The notes: generated by a model not told the origin, from the sequence alone. Positions 1-12,435 are shown, counted from the stretch's first letter. The stretch is DNA of 64,000 nucleotides from Phoronis australis (GCA_002633005.1 NMRA01000014.1:1774275-1838274), one strand, 5' to 3'. Numbers and translations: made by a program.

Positions 1-653
1 TTTTTAAAATAAAGAGCTCAGAAAGCAATGGCTTTCGGTAAAATGCCTAGCGCCTCGTAAAATCGACAATTTCTACCTGTTATTAGCAATTCCAGGGTTC
101 TTAAGAAGAGACATATGACGTTTATAGTTTAATCGTCCCTGCTGACACCTTTGTTAGTTATGATTTGTGAAACAATTTGAGATATTTACCAATACAAGCA
201 GGTCCTTTGTGAGACGGCGATCGGGAACGATGTCGTTAATTCTCTATGCCGACCGTGAACGCAAAAAAGGCGATCGTGAACTCAAAAAAGGCGATCGTGA
301 ACGTACATTTTTTCTCTGCATTGGCCTGAATAGTCGTTCAAGTTACGGTATTATGTCAATAATTACGGAGCCTGAATTAGTTGATGGTTTAATTATTAAT
401 TACATTTCATCATTATTTCTCAGTGAGATTTAGTCTAACAAACATATCTGAATGCGTTTGTTTTTTCCAGTTGAACTCATAGTGTAGCTACACGATGAAT
501 CCTTCAGGGTGTTAACGTTCACGCCTTCAAAAAAGAGTAGCACAACTGGTGCATGTCACAACAGAGTGTGTGTGTTTGTTGTGGAGCCTCGTTCAGGAAC
601 TAAGAAATCGACTTAGTATGAAATAGAGTTACACTACAACAAAGCAAGACCTT

Positions 654-910
654 TACCAGCCCTGTGATTGACACGTTGCCTGCGTCAAGAGTTTTTTACC
701 AATGTAGTGAAACACAGCACGAAGCATCGTGCTCAGGAACCAAGTCGATTCAGTGGCCTATCTGTGATCAACGTTTCACGGAAAGAGTAAGCCCGATGCG
801 ACACTGCGTCACAGCACGAGGACACTCGTTTTTGTGGTGAATGTGGCATGTCGTGCAAACAGTATGCCTCCTTCTACAGGCATAGCAAGCAGAAACGTCA
901 TGATGAATGA
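654..910 (+). pseudogene. Decayed tandem C2H2 zinc-finger coding remnant
   Basis: One intact finger F-CGEC-GMSCKQYASFYR-H-SKQKR-H (C-x2-C-x12-H-x5-H) ends in TGA at about 910. It is preceded, across frameshifts and a stop, by degenerate fingers IQWPICDQRFTERVSPMRH and ...NVVKHSTKH. Confidence 0.7.
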
Positions 911-2505
911 AATCATTAAGTCCAGTGCTGAAGGTTATTAAGTCACTATAGTTTATTCAGATTTACAAAGTCTGTGGTTGGTAGTTGTCTGATGTGATAG
1001 TATTTTGACGTTTTGTTTTGAACCTTTTTTCTCAAGTTTCTTTCTATATTTGTGTTATTTCAAAAGGATCTTTAACAGAACCAGTACATTTTTGTAGTGT
1101 TTAGGTAGATTTAAATGGCCATACTAAGTGTCAATGGGCAATACTTACATACAATTGTTCTGACCAATGAGTATTTTGAATGAAAATATATGTCTATGAT
1201 TATTGTAGAAATTGCTTTCATATTGTAGTTGATTTCCTGTGAGAGACCGTTATACTATCAATCAGACCTAAATACATTGTCTATGATTCAGTGATGATTC
1301 AGTCATTCCAAAGTAATTCCTTGGAAATGTTCAATGGATTTGTTTTGTTGATTTCCCTATAAATAAATTTATATATTTTTGTAAGACCAATTTTGAGGTA
1401 TGTGTGTTAAAAGATTAGTATTATAATAGCAATGCTATGATATTGTTGGTTTCCTGTGTAAATCACTACAGTGTGTAGTTGAAGTGACGTTAATGACAAC
1501 ATGTTGACTACGTTTTGAGAAAATCACAATAACGTATGTGTATCATAACTCTCAATTTTTTTCAATGTAACATTAAACTCGAGATCATGAACTGATGATG
1601 CAAGTGAACTTAGGACCAAGACTACAAAACAGAAGAGTCGAACACATTCAAGCCGCACGGTGCCACAAGTCATTCTGTTCATCTCTGTATCGATGTTATC
1701 AGTAAAACATCAAGTAAAATCCCACCTGTTTTATCAGCACACCAGTTTACACAACTTCTGGCCAATTTTTTGATCTCAAACATTTATGAGTGAGAATCTT
1801 TGAATCATCTCGTGAAGTGTTGCCGCACTCTCCTCTCTCCCCATGAGCAAGCTCATCATCATTCTTTGACTTCACTGGCTATTTTTTCCCTTTTGCTGTC
1901 ACAATTTTACAAGAAAATTCTACATCAGCGTTCATCTTGGTGCTGAAACATTTTGTTTACCCCTGGCTGACAGGCCACATGGAACAACTCCTGGGTGAGT
2001 CTTCAGTTTAGAAACCCTTGTTCTCAGTGGTTTGGTCTAAAAGTAGATGCCTGGCCTGTACTTTTCAAAACCCTGGTCAGGTGTACCTTCACGTCGTGGG
2101 TAACATGCTCGTTGAAGTTTGTGAAACTATTATGCTTGATGTACATGTAGTGCTCATGGCAATTTAATGGAAATATGCTATGTTTTTGTTCAGTTTTGAT
2201 ACGAAAGTAACACAGTAACGACACAAAATGTGATTAAATCATTGCACCACACTTATTTTGTAACCTTTTTCACGTTTTATAAGTAAAAAGTTCATTACTG
2301 TTCGACACACCACAATGCGTTCCCGATCGCATAAACAAACATAAATTTGCGTTCCCGATCGCTTATCGTTGCGTTCTCGATCGCATCTTTCAACAGAAAA
2401 TCGTCGAAAAATCAGAGATCCTGACAAAACTACAAAAAAACAGGCGTTGCGTTATATTTTCACACCTCATTTCTTCATAACTCCATGGTCAATTTATTGA
2501 TTTAG

Positions 2506-2554
2506 TGCCAAAAATAACGGCAATTTGCCAAAAATAACGGCAATTTGCCAAAAT
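2506..2554. repeat. Short tandem duplication, 20-bp unit x ~2.4
   Basis: TGCCAAAAATAACGGCAATT repeated head-to-tail. Confidence 0.85.
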
Positions 2555-3066
2555 GACATTCAAATCATCTACATGTACGGCTTAAGCGATGCCTCGGTCA
2601 ACGTAACTTTTCTCCTACATGTATAATTGGGAGAGACACTAGCATAAACCTCTACGTGCCCTTCCTAAATGTGTTACGCCTTGAAGCCATGTCTCTGTTT
2701 TCACATTGGAAGTAAAAAAAAACGAAAATTCATCAAATTTACTCACCTTGCCTGGCTTCTCTTCTCGCGCCAAATTTCGTTCTCGATCGCCTTCCGGTCG
2801 TTCTCGATCGCGGTTTGGCCGGGGTGACTACCTAAAGACTCACTATTAGTAAAACAACCACTGCGTCTGGCATTTACAAGAGGTCCGTGTCTTGGCTACC
2901 TTGCTACAACAAAATAACTACCCGTGACAAACTTGTTTAAATGATCTAACTTTCAGGTAATTCTTAATCGGCCAGAAATCGCCTATTTTGAATAAGGATC
3001 AAACTAAAAGCATTTTCATAAGAGTAGGTGGACTAAAGCAACAGTTGAATTCATAAGATCTAATCT

Positions 3067-3218
3067 GGCGTGCATTCATGATAACGCTAGGACCTACGCT
3101 AGGACCTAGTTAAAATCTAACCAGTCACGTGTTCTCATTCAAAATACACGGCAATATCTCACGTAATCCCGCAAAGTCTTGCTTTTTAGCGAGGTCCTAG
3201 CGTTACTGAACGGGAGGC
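3067..3218. mobile_element. Small MITE-like inverted-repeat element
   Basis: TAACGCTAGGACCT (~3082-3095, partly duplicated at 3096-3107) is inverted as AGGTCCTAGCGTTA at 3192-3205. Imperfect pairing extends outward to about 3067 and 3218. Confidence 0.6.
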
Positions 3219-3805
3219 TGTTTACGCTTCACTTGCGACAAGAAATCGTTCCGTGTGGAAGGTAACAGCGGATTTTATCCATGATTCAGCATCTCGATCT
3301 CGCCGAGAAATCACTTCGAGTGCTCCCTGCAAGTGAACGCTAATAAGCGCGAGAAGCATTCGCCATTCCCGTGGTATTGCGTGATTTTGAGTTTTCCTTT
3401 GACGCTTGGGTCTAGGGAGCGCACCCCCGCTCGAACAGAAAATACTTATCATTCCTAATATTGCAGTAGGAAATATAACCAAATTTCATTCATGGCAATG
3501 CCGGAATTGTAAATTTTAACAATCCTTTTGTGATTCTTTTTGTAGGCCTCATGAACGACCCTCCGACGGTCCGGTTTACATGCCTGAGTCGATCAAGTGT
3601 TCTATAGGTTAGTACAAGCTCTTCAGTGTACATGGTACAAAATTAATTTCCATCTATTTCATATTTGCTTCTTCTAGTCGTTATTAATTTTTTGATTGAT
3701 TTGAATGGAAACTTGACAAGATTTTTCGACTTTTCATTTTTCTTTCAGGTTTTCAACGATCATTGATAACCCGCGAGAGAATGCAAGGACACGCGGCGTT
3801 TGTTT

Positions 3806-4324
3806 TTAACATAGCCGCTTACCGAAAACCTTTATGGTCGCATGTCCAAAATCAATCAATTTCACTTTGTTGGTTTGTCGTTCCACCATTACATTCTCGG
3901 TGTGGATGTCATTAAGCAATATATCTCTTCTGTGGGCACGATGAACTGCTTTTGCGGCTTTCAGCAATACCTTCACAATTTCTGGAATAGGCAGCGAAAC
4001 CTCGCCCACATTTTCAAGATGGTGATCTATGTAATTTGCGAGTGTAAAACCGTCTATTAATTCCATGACAAGACCAACTATCGGTGGGGATTCGTCGTCA
4101 ACCGTTGCTGTCAAATACAGTACATGTACAAGCCGAACGGTTTAGGGGCGCATCTGTACCAACAAGGGCCCGTATACATTGATATTCCGTCTCAGCTGTT
4201 GAGTTCACGTCGTTTTCATGCATATAATTTTTTACACAAGCTTTTTGCTCAATACCCGTAGCGTCATTTACGAAAGTCCCAAGGCACGCTTTGCCTGAAA
4301 TTCCTTCGCCGATCACGGCGGAAT
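3806..4324 (-). pseudogene. Frameshifted, truncated Ser/Thr protein kinase-like domain (subdomains I-VII)
   Basis: Gly-loop IGEGISG, ACVK lysine, helix-C Glu (ETEY), LVMELIDG hinge, catalytic loop LLNDIHTENVM and VKLIDFG are present. They are split between ORFs 4098-4403 and 3806-4114 by frameshifts near 4110-4150. An acceptor TTTCCCTTTACAG precedes 4324. No subdomain VIII-XI sequence was recognised downstream. Confidence 0.85.
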
Positions 4325-4666
4325 CTGTAAAGGGAAATAACATGTTCAATCGACTAAGATTTGTCAGTTTATCTAGTTGGATGAGCTGGCTCAGATTCCT
4401 CAATTTCGAGAAGGGGCAGCGCCATTGCTGCTAAGAACGTATAAAGCAGGTCCATAACACCAGTTTACACGATGACTGGAGTGTGTTTTTGTGGACCTCT
4501 TTTGTGATTCCTCGTACCACCTATTCATCCTAAAACCTGGCTGTTTACGTGTTGTGCGAGGAGTTTGATAGCCATTAGAATATTGCAATTATCTAGAGAA
4601 TCTTTTGTGTTTCTACTATATTTATTTGCAGCTAATTATTGGCTAAAATGTTGGGATTACCCAGAA

Positions 4667-5334
4667 NNNNNNNNNNNNNNNNNNNNNNNNNNNNNNNNNN
4701 NNNNNNNNNNNNNNNNNNNNNNNNNNNNNNNNNNNNNNNNNNNNNNNNNNNNNNNNNNNNNNNNNNNNNNNNNNNNNNNNNNNNNNNNNNNNNNNNNNNN
4801 NNNNNNNNNNNNNNNNNNNNNNNNNNNNNNNNNNNNNNNNNNNNNNNNNNNNNNNNNNNNNNNNNNNNNNNNNNNNNNNNNNNNNNNNNNNNNNNNNNNN
4901 NNNNNNNNNNNNNNNNNNNNNNNNNNNNNNNNNNNNNNNNNNNNNNNNNNNNNNNNNNNNNNNNNNNNNNNNNNNNNNNNNNNNNNNNNNNNNNNNNNNN
5001 NNNNNNNNNNNNNNNNNNNNNNNNNNNNNNNNNNNNNNNNNNNNNNNNNNNNNNNNNNNNNNNNNNNNNNNNNNNNNNNNNNNNNNNNNNNNNNNNNNNN
5101 NNNNNNNNNNNNNNNNNNNNNNNNNNNNNNNNNNNNNNNNNNNNNNNNNNNNNNNNNNNNNNNNNNNNNNNNNNNNNNNNNNNNNNNNNNNNNNNNNNNN
5201 NNNNNNNNNNNNNNNNNNNNNNNNNNNNNNNNNNNNNNNNNNNNNNNNNNNNNNNNNNNNNNNNNNNNNNNNNNNNNNNNNNNNNNNNNNNNNNNNNNNN
5301 NNNNNNNNNNNNNNNNNNNNNNNNNNNNNNNNNN
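4667..5334. other. Assembly gap
   Basis: Run of N. Confidence 1.
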
Positions 5335-5537
5335 CCCCCCCCCCTCGGGACAGGATCAAAAATAAAAATTGGAAAAAAAATCGCCAGAAAAACGAAATTA
5401 GCTACTAAAAATCCCAAAAAAATCTTACACGGGAGGAGGGAAACCCTCTCGCGACCTTCCTTCTCCTCGGCGCTACGCGCCTCGGATTCTCTCGAATCCT
5501 AACCCCCCCCCCTTACTGAAATCGTAGATCTGCCACT
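5335..5537 (+). mobile_element. Partial MITE with ...GATCTGCCACTG terminus (other end in the gap)
   Basis: C-rich body and the same CAGTGGCRGAT-type terminus as family A copies. Confidence 0.6.
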
Positions 5538-5809
5538 GTATAGAAGGGAATAGACGCTTGGGGCGATTTGCGTATCTCATCTCTAAGGCATCGCTGAACA
5601 TTTTCAAACCGCTGACAAAAAACTGTATGAGATAAACAGGCTTTAGCAGCTGCATGAAGTCGAACGACAGCTCTGGGGGTTTCACAGAGATATGCGGAAC
5701 TGTGACCAGCGGCACACTTGAAAGTCTAACCCTGTACTTCTTTCTGTCTGTCATGTCGTCGAATGCGACATTTTTTGTAAATTTGTTCACAACAGCTTCT
5801 GTGAACAAC
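5538..5809 (-). pseudogene. Coding-like exon remnant, probably part of the decayed kinase gene
   Basis: An open frame of about 90 codons (LFTEAVVNKFTKNVAFDD...RPKRLFPSI) starts at an acceptor-like CAATTCCAG and is cut by the MITE at 5537. Confidence 0.4.
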
Positions 5810-6215
5810 TGGAATTGTTTGGAAAAGTGTAATTAATAAGGTTTCCACTATTTTGCAGGTCAATGAACCTTATTCATGCAGTAGACATTTTAAAAGTGAA
5901 CCTCTTTTTAGGTTTTAAAAACAATGTATTCGGCGCCTAACCACAGTGCAAAGTGTAATTTTTTCTCATGCCTCATTAATATTTATGTCTCAAATGCGTT
6001 GTTTTTTTTAACTTAAAAGAGTCCCACTTTTAAAATGGCGACTGGGTGAATAAGATCTATAGCCCCTCAGTGTTTGATAACGTCTTTCAAAAAACACATA
6101 CATGTGTAGCATGACATGTCAAGAAAAGTATATGGGATACGTTTTTAGTTCTTGGGTTAACTTTAGAAATGTTGTTGGGTATTATGCAAAATTAGATCTT
6201 TTCGCTCATCTTAAC

Positions 6216-6375
6216 CAGGGGTGGATTCAGGTTTTTGACTTAGTGTGGTCATGGGAGAGCGTTAGCCAGGACTGTGCCCGTCCGACATTCGCACGCCCGA
6301 ACTGCCAAATGGAATCTGGGCGAATTTAAGGGGGGCCATGGCCCCCTTGCCCTTCCCCCCCCAAATCTGCCACTG
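6216..6375 (+). mobile_element. MITE family A (CAGGG/CAGTG TIRs, 5-bp TSD; hAT5-like)
   Basis: Ends CAGGGGTGGATT...AATCTGCCACTG with flanks TTAAC/TGAAC. It shares the core CCCGAACTGCCAAATGGAATCTGGG with 25331-25624. Confidence 0.8.
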
Positions 6376-9300
6376 TGAACGTCCTAGCAAAAACTGAACC
6401 AATTTTAAGCAATTCTGAACTTGTTCAAGATTACTGACTTTCATATTTTAAGAATAAATGACGATCTTTACTACGGACTATCCGGGACTCATTCAGGCAG
6501 GCGTCTGCAGACGTTAAGAAATTGCATTGACTTGAAGACCTCTCCCGTAGTTCTGAGCAGAAAGTATTCAATTGTCCACAACATAAAACTTTCTTTCGCT
6601 TAAACCTTGATCACCTCAAAGCTGTGGTTGATTGATGAAATTTGACGAAGTCACCGTTTTAAAAATTCAGACTACCGAGGGATAACCATTGTAGAGTAAC
6701 GGATGATAGGTCGGCATACATGTACGTTTCAGGGAATGATGTCACGCTGATTTAAGGGACTAGTCCCTCTCCGCTACCCTCCCCCCCTCCTTCTCGCTTC
6801 AGAATGAATGCAGTCTTTATCAGACCGTCCCTACTGTCATTTCGTTTCCACAAGCGGTAGTCAATGTTGGCAATTTGGCAATTTGTGCCTTCGCCAGTAT
6901 CAGCTGACAATGGCACCGGTTCACAATTCAGTTGACCTAGCAATTTCAATCACGTTTTGTATCTGGGTCAGAAATCTGATTCACTCTCTAAAAAATTTTA
7001 TAACTGTTTTAAAAAATGGTTAATATTTGGATCACCAACAAGACGCTTCAAGAAAATTGACCGGTCATCATTCTCTTGCTACAGGTTGGTTCAAAGGTAA
7101 TTAATGTCATGCAGTCTATTTTGATACATGTATGGGCATACGGTGAAATAGTCTGACAGAAATTAACTGTGTCCACTTAATAACTTTTTGATGTTTTGAA
7201 ATAGGGCATAGAAAAAATTACGGAAACCAAATTCGTCTGATAGGCAGATATTGTACACGTACATAATAATATTCTAGCATGAATATTTTACTGTTCTTCA
7301 AATAGTAAAATAAGAAAAAAAGGGCTGGCTTGTTAACATTTTCATCAATACATTAAATCGAAACAATCGCTTTTACTGCCGGAAAATATATTTCGGGGGT
7401 AAATTCATGAAGTTAGCAGTAAAATCTGTTATTATTTTTTCGTAAATCAAAAAATTCCTTCCAAAGGTTTCCACTCAAAGTTATCTGAAACTGGGGTGGC
7501 GACTTCATCAGCTCGATGTTTCGTTACTGGGAGCCGTGAAGATCGTCAAGGCCTGTATCGTGTATTGCTTATCAAAGCCGACACGCAAAAAACCAGGGAT
7601 TAATCTCCTAAGTATGCGAGAAAAAGTAACGAAGAGTCGACGCACATTGGAGGAATAACCTCACGAGAAAAAGCATTGGGACGAAATGTAGTGATGTATT
7701 CCCGTGCGAAATGAGTTGAAAGTTTTCTGGAAATGCTGACATTGGTCGAGTAGACAGCCGGAGGTTTGCTTTCCTGCCCCGTCTTCTAGGAATAACCACC
7801 ATTCAAGCATATTTTAGATAATTATTAAGCACAACCTAAATTATCTTTGAATAGCTTATAATATTTCTGGTCTTTAACTCATTAACCCGGCGACTGAATC
7901 CGTCGCTGACTCTCGACATTTTTCTGGTGATTTCGGCTAGCCGATCGAAAACACACTGGTATAGTAAGTAACTATAAATTAAACAAAACGCACCCAAATT
8001 TTCTTATTTAAACATAAACTCTTCCACAGTCCTTCTCGGATAGGTACACTATGAAAATAAATTTTTAGGCATTTTTCGCAAATATTGCAAGAGGGAAACA
8101 AGTCCATGGTCTATTTTTTCTTTTTTGATGAATTTTTACTTGCCTCATTTTCAAGAATCTCATCGTCGTCGTCCATTTCTGTACTCTTCATGCACAAAAA
8201 TTGACAACAAAGACATGAAAAACATGCCCGAAGATTTTTAAGAAATTTACCCATATTAATCTTTCTCAAAATTAATATTTCAATAGCACTTTAGAAGCGA
8301 CTTGTCTTCACAAAGGCAGCCATGAAAAATGCCGTGACGTTCTTTATTCTTGCGTCACTTTATTGTCTGATGTCAAAGGCATTTGATTCATACTTCAACC
8401 TTTGTTAACGCAAAGATCTGTACAGAATTTGAAGTATCAGTCCTTGTCTCGAGTCAAATCAATAGAAAATAAATAAACAGCGACTTTGTCTTGAAACATA
8501 TTTAATTATACCAAAAACGTTTTGTTTTGATTTAATACAGAATCGTAAAGTTGTACTATTATGAAATGCTTGGCTTGCAAAATACTGGGTTAATAAAATA
8601 CTGGATTATGAAATAATTACCGCCTATGCACGTATTTAGGCATATACCACCTTGGCACAACCTTACATATTGGCCTGTGCGTCTAAAACAACAGGCTTCT
8701 GATATTTTGATTACTGCTGTACAATCTTGAGCAATTTTCTTGCAGGAAGTGTGAGTAATTTTATGTTCAAAATTGGTAATGTATTTGACTTTCCATTTTA
8801 TGTGTTTCCACATGGTGTCAAAGTCTGTGATTAAGATAATTCAATAATCCAACCATTGATCACTAAATGTGACAATAGTCATGAAAACAAAAAATTGTTC
8901 ATGTAATCATTTGAAACACAAGATTCATTCAATATAATGAATTGGTGTGATATGTTTCAAAATTGGTACGATGTAGGCTGCGAGGTCCCCAATCAATCCT
9001 ATCTGTGGGACTGTTACTACTTTCGAATTTAGTTGGCCTTGTTACTGTAAAGGAGCATGCCACCCAAAAAACAACCTAATTTGTATCAATTTAGATCGAG
9101 TAGTTCTACTCCATAACGACGCGTACAGTTGCGTTACCTGACACCTGACGGCAGGCGGAGGTGTTGAAATTATCCAATGACGTCATCGGTTTCAAACGCA
9201 GTCTGTTCAGCAGTTCACAACACGGGTTACTGGTGTCAGCTTATTGCTTGAAGTCATCGTTTAACACCAATAAATCATCAAACTTTGATGTAAAACCCTT

Positions 9301-10127
9301 AAAAATACACCGAGTTCTTATAAAAACGTGTTGTTTTATTTCGCTCTTACGGATTTATTGGTATATGGACAAACCGTAGCCTGAAAGTTCGGCAGGCCAA
9401 TAATGTCCGAAGCAGGAGTTTGGGGTCTGTTCGGAGGTAATTTCGAAGTATTTTCCGTAAGATACAGACAGGAGAACCTAGATCTGTGTTGTTTAGGCTT
9501 GTGATTTTTTGAGTTCTAAACACAAAACGCTTGTTATCCTGGCCAGTGGCTCGAAAACTGATCAGACATCACGAATATAAACCAGCCAAAGTTCAGTGGA
9601 AACTAAACTTCTAGTCAAGAAAATACTATACTATTGAGCCAAAGTAATGTGCACGTGATTATAATGGTGAATTAGCCACGAAACTGCAAATCTACTTACT
9701 CGTCGGGGGCCGCCGGCGAATTCAGGTTCCGCTTTGGCCACAGCACCGTCAGGGCAGAAGTTGTACATTGACAATCATTATTTGAGTAATGTACATGTAA
9801 ATGTAAATAAAGATTCCCCAAACACCTTGTCGTGGGATGGAAATCGAGTTGTTTCACAACAGTTTCTGCCAGCAAACACTAAATTTGCATGAGCTCACAC
9901 GGCCTCGGCCGTGTCCATTCAATTAGTTTTATTCCCATGGCACCTCAGCAGCCGGTAACGTAGTGATTTATTCATTGCTAGCTTCTCAAATCATTTGCAC
10001 TCACGAACATTCCAAACGCATTAAAATTTGTATCTAATGAGACAGACTTTGTTTCAGTTTTATATAAGGATTGGTTGGGGTGAGAATAATTCATTTTGAA
10101 ACAGAACTCTCAGTAATAAACGCCAAC

Positions 10128-10335
10128 ATGGCAACTCGCAATCCCGACTTAGGACGAGCTAGAGCTCACCAGTCCCGACTTTGCAGGTGGATCGTTAAGT
10201 TTTACAGGCTATCAATTCGAACAGGAATACGGTGATGAAGAAATACTAGAGAGGCGCCGTGAACAAGCTCAGACAACGGAACGTATGGAATTATTTGGTA
10301 TGCCGGCATTCGTCAGGCACTGTCGACGTCTGCAG
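10128..10335 (+). pseudogene. N-terminal remnant of a KolX / P2X7 cytoplasmic-ballast-like protein
   Basis: ATG at 10128, then across a frameshift ...FTGYQFEQEYGDEEILERRREQ... This matches the Y-x-F-E-P-type motif followed by an acidic/charged run. A decayed W/C/H motif then QALSTSA follows before the deletion junction. Confidence 0.55.
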
Positions 10336-10524
10336 GCCACAGACACGGAGGTGTTTCACGGCCTCATACTTGCTATTTACAGCGTACATTTCATTCTTCA
10401 CTACCATGAGCCACTTTCTAAGCATTTCGGACTCTAGAGGAAGTAAAAAAAAACGATATACCTGCTTTCCTCGCAGCTGCTTAGTTCGGACAAGCGGAAA
10501 TGATGCACCGCAACATAGCGGCAT
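10330..10524 (-). pseudogene. THAP zinc-finger domain remnant (N-terminus of the Kolobok transposase)
   Basis: Across frameshifts it reads M...CIISACPN*...GISFF/LPLESEMLRKWLMVVK...KHLRVCGL, i.e. THAP C-x4-C, FF-x-P, W and RVC-x-x. It is truncated just before the HF motif. Confidence 0.8.
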
Positions 10525-11654
10525 TCACTCTGCATATGAACCACTGACGTCGCTAGCGTCGTTTCTCACCTTCCTCACAAGTTAACGCGACACCTCTTAG
10601 CAAGGTAAGGTCGACCGTATGCGAGGCGATGTGGATATAGACCGATTAAGACGGCAAAAAATGACTAATTTAATCGAGTGGCATTCTCCTTTAATTACGC
10701 TGTGTATTGGGCCTACCTCCAGAACAACTTTATCTGGAACAACTTGTTGAACCTTCACTACAGAAAATCTAGTTATAGAAACTGCCACCAGGTGGCCAGC
10801 AGAAGTCAAAGTATTGGAAAATTGACGTCTACTGACTTGATCACCATAGAAACATGTTTGCAAAAATTAACGAAGCCCAATTATGAGGTTTATGAGATAC
10901 AGCTTCATACTGTCCGTAGTCAGGCACCGTAAAATACACTATGGTACATATATGTCTTTTCTATCAGCTCTTGCTTAAAAAAGCCCATATTTTTTTCTCA
11001 GTCAGACAGCAAACTACTGAAAAATATCATTGGAAAGCACCAGCTTCTCGCAAAGAGGTCCCAAGAGCACCTCAAAATGGCTAAAAAGCGAAGACACAAA
11101 ATTGGGCAAAATTTACCGAATTTTGACACTCCATTGAAGAGTAACGGAAACCCCTTTGAAAATTCAAAGACTGTCTTCTGATAGAGAGGTTCAATGTCTA
11201 CATAAACATAAATATTTCTTATTTCTCTTTCTTTTAAGCAGTTTTTAAACACCTTCGTTAACTGAACCTTTCCGTACTAAAAATGGGCTATTACGGACCA
11301 AAATATCATGATGCTCGAACTTCAAAATTAATGGCCCAAAAATTGTAAGCATTTTGAACATATCCCACCACGGTGCATGTACACACAATTTTTCAAGATC
11401 TGAGTCGGTGACCCTAGAGTCGACCTTTTGGTGCTGTCGTGGAATGACAGTTAAGTGCAGTGGATCTCGGCTAAAAATTCCTCCCTGAATCAGTGTGGTG
11501 AAGCGAGCTTTAACCTGTCTAAAACCTGGCAGAGAGAATTTCACTTACCAACCAACAGAGGCCGTGTCAGTACAGTTTCACGATAAAGGCGGGAAGACAT
11601 GAGACCCTTCCATTTTCTGTAAAAGACGACCGTTGTGACACCCGCAACGTAAAG

Positions 11655-11917
11655 CAGACGTGTACCCAGCCTAAAATATAGGGGGACTCGAATTTTTTAG
11701 TATGTGGACCTTTTACTGAAAAAACAGTGACTAAAAACGGGGTACTTCGTTCAGACCTATGAATTGTGCATTCGTGCAAAATTTCTGTTGACTTTTGTGC
11801 CGTTTTCTCGGACGTTTAGTTTCTATGAGGCGGACCTTTTTGTCCACTTCACCAAATGAGGGGCTCGTTCGAGCCCCCCCCCCCAAGTCTACCCCCCTCC
11901 CCCTGGGTGCGCGGATG
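11655..11917 (+). mobile_element. MITE family B (CATGCGYGCACCC-type TIRs, 5-bp TSD)
   Basis: Exact TSD TAAAG/TAAAG. The body is homologous to 39108-39348 and to the reverse of 12891-13128. Confidence 0.8.
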
Positions 11918-12130
11918 TAAAGTTACATGTATAGGCTAACTACCTGTAGGTACGTCCTGCTGAAATATCAATAATTATTGATATACAATGTAATTTTACA
12001 TGTACTTGTATAATAAGCGGAACGAGGGCCCGGTCTCTAATCTTTATACTCGAAACGAACTCGAAACTATTTTTGGCAATTTCTCTGCTCCTTTTGTGCG
12101 AACTTAAGATAATTGGTTATCAGACTGTGC

Positions 12131-12435
12131 NNNNNNNNNNNNNNNNNNNNNNNNNNNNNNNNNNNNNNNNNNNNNNNNNNNNNNNNNNNNNNNNNNNNNN
12201 NNNNNNNNNNNNNNNNNNNNNNNNNNNNNNNNNNNNNNNNNNNNNNNNNNNNNNNNNNNNNNNNNNNNNNNNNNNNNNNNNNNNNNNNNNNNNNNNNNNN
12301 NNNNNNNNNNNNNNNNNNNNNNNNNNNNNNNNNNNNNNNNNNNNNNNNNNNNNNNNNNNNNNNNNNNNNNNNNNNNNNNNNNNNNNNNNNNNNNNNNNNN
12401 NNNNNNNNNNNNNNNNNNNNNNNNNNNNNNNNNNN
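12131..12435. other. Assembly gap
   Basis: Run of N. Confidence 1.

Larger units (their letters stand above)
217..2830. mobile_element. Truncated DNA-transposon-like element with inverted subterminal 13-mer arrays (left end probably outside the window)
   Basis: GCGATCG(G/T)GAAC(G) occurs at 217, 270 and 291, with a variant at 249. Its reverse complement CGTT(C)(C/T)CGATCGC occurs at 2318, 2350, 2372, 2778 and 2799. A candidate terminus ...CCGGGGTGACTA lies at 2830. The arrays enclose decayed coding remnants. Confidence 0.6.
9051..10690. mobile_element. Kolobok-type DNA transposon, internally deleted non-autonomous copy
   Basis: TIRs AGGAGCATGCCAC / GTGGCATTCTCCT (12/13 match). The right flank is TTAA and the left flank GTAA (mutated TTAA TSD). 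It contains convergent THAP and KolX-like remnants. Confidence 0.85.
8559..11522 (-). pseudogene. Long eroded coding block interrupted by the Kolobok insertion
   Basis: Abutting minus-strand ORFs 11245-11544, 10998-11252, 10597-10863 and 8559-8813 follow each other via frameshifts. Removing 9051-10694 lets ...GPIHSVI read on in frame into TVTRPTKF... No family was recognised. Confidence 0.4.

Noticed and set aside
249-303. 21-bp periodic repeats resembling a CRISPR or iteron array
   Set aside because: There are no unique spacers and no cas or rep genes, and the context is eukaryotic. They are better explained as transposon subterminal repeats.
4565-5502. Long ORFs of 238-287 aa in the track (also at 12.1-12.5 kb and 33.3-33.8 kb)
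   Set aside because: They are open only because they run through N gaps.
9051-10690. KolobokP-type long direct repeats
   Set aside because: No long direct repeats are visible at the two ends, only short TIRs.
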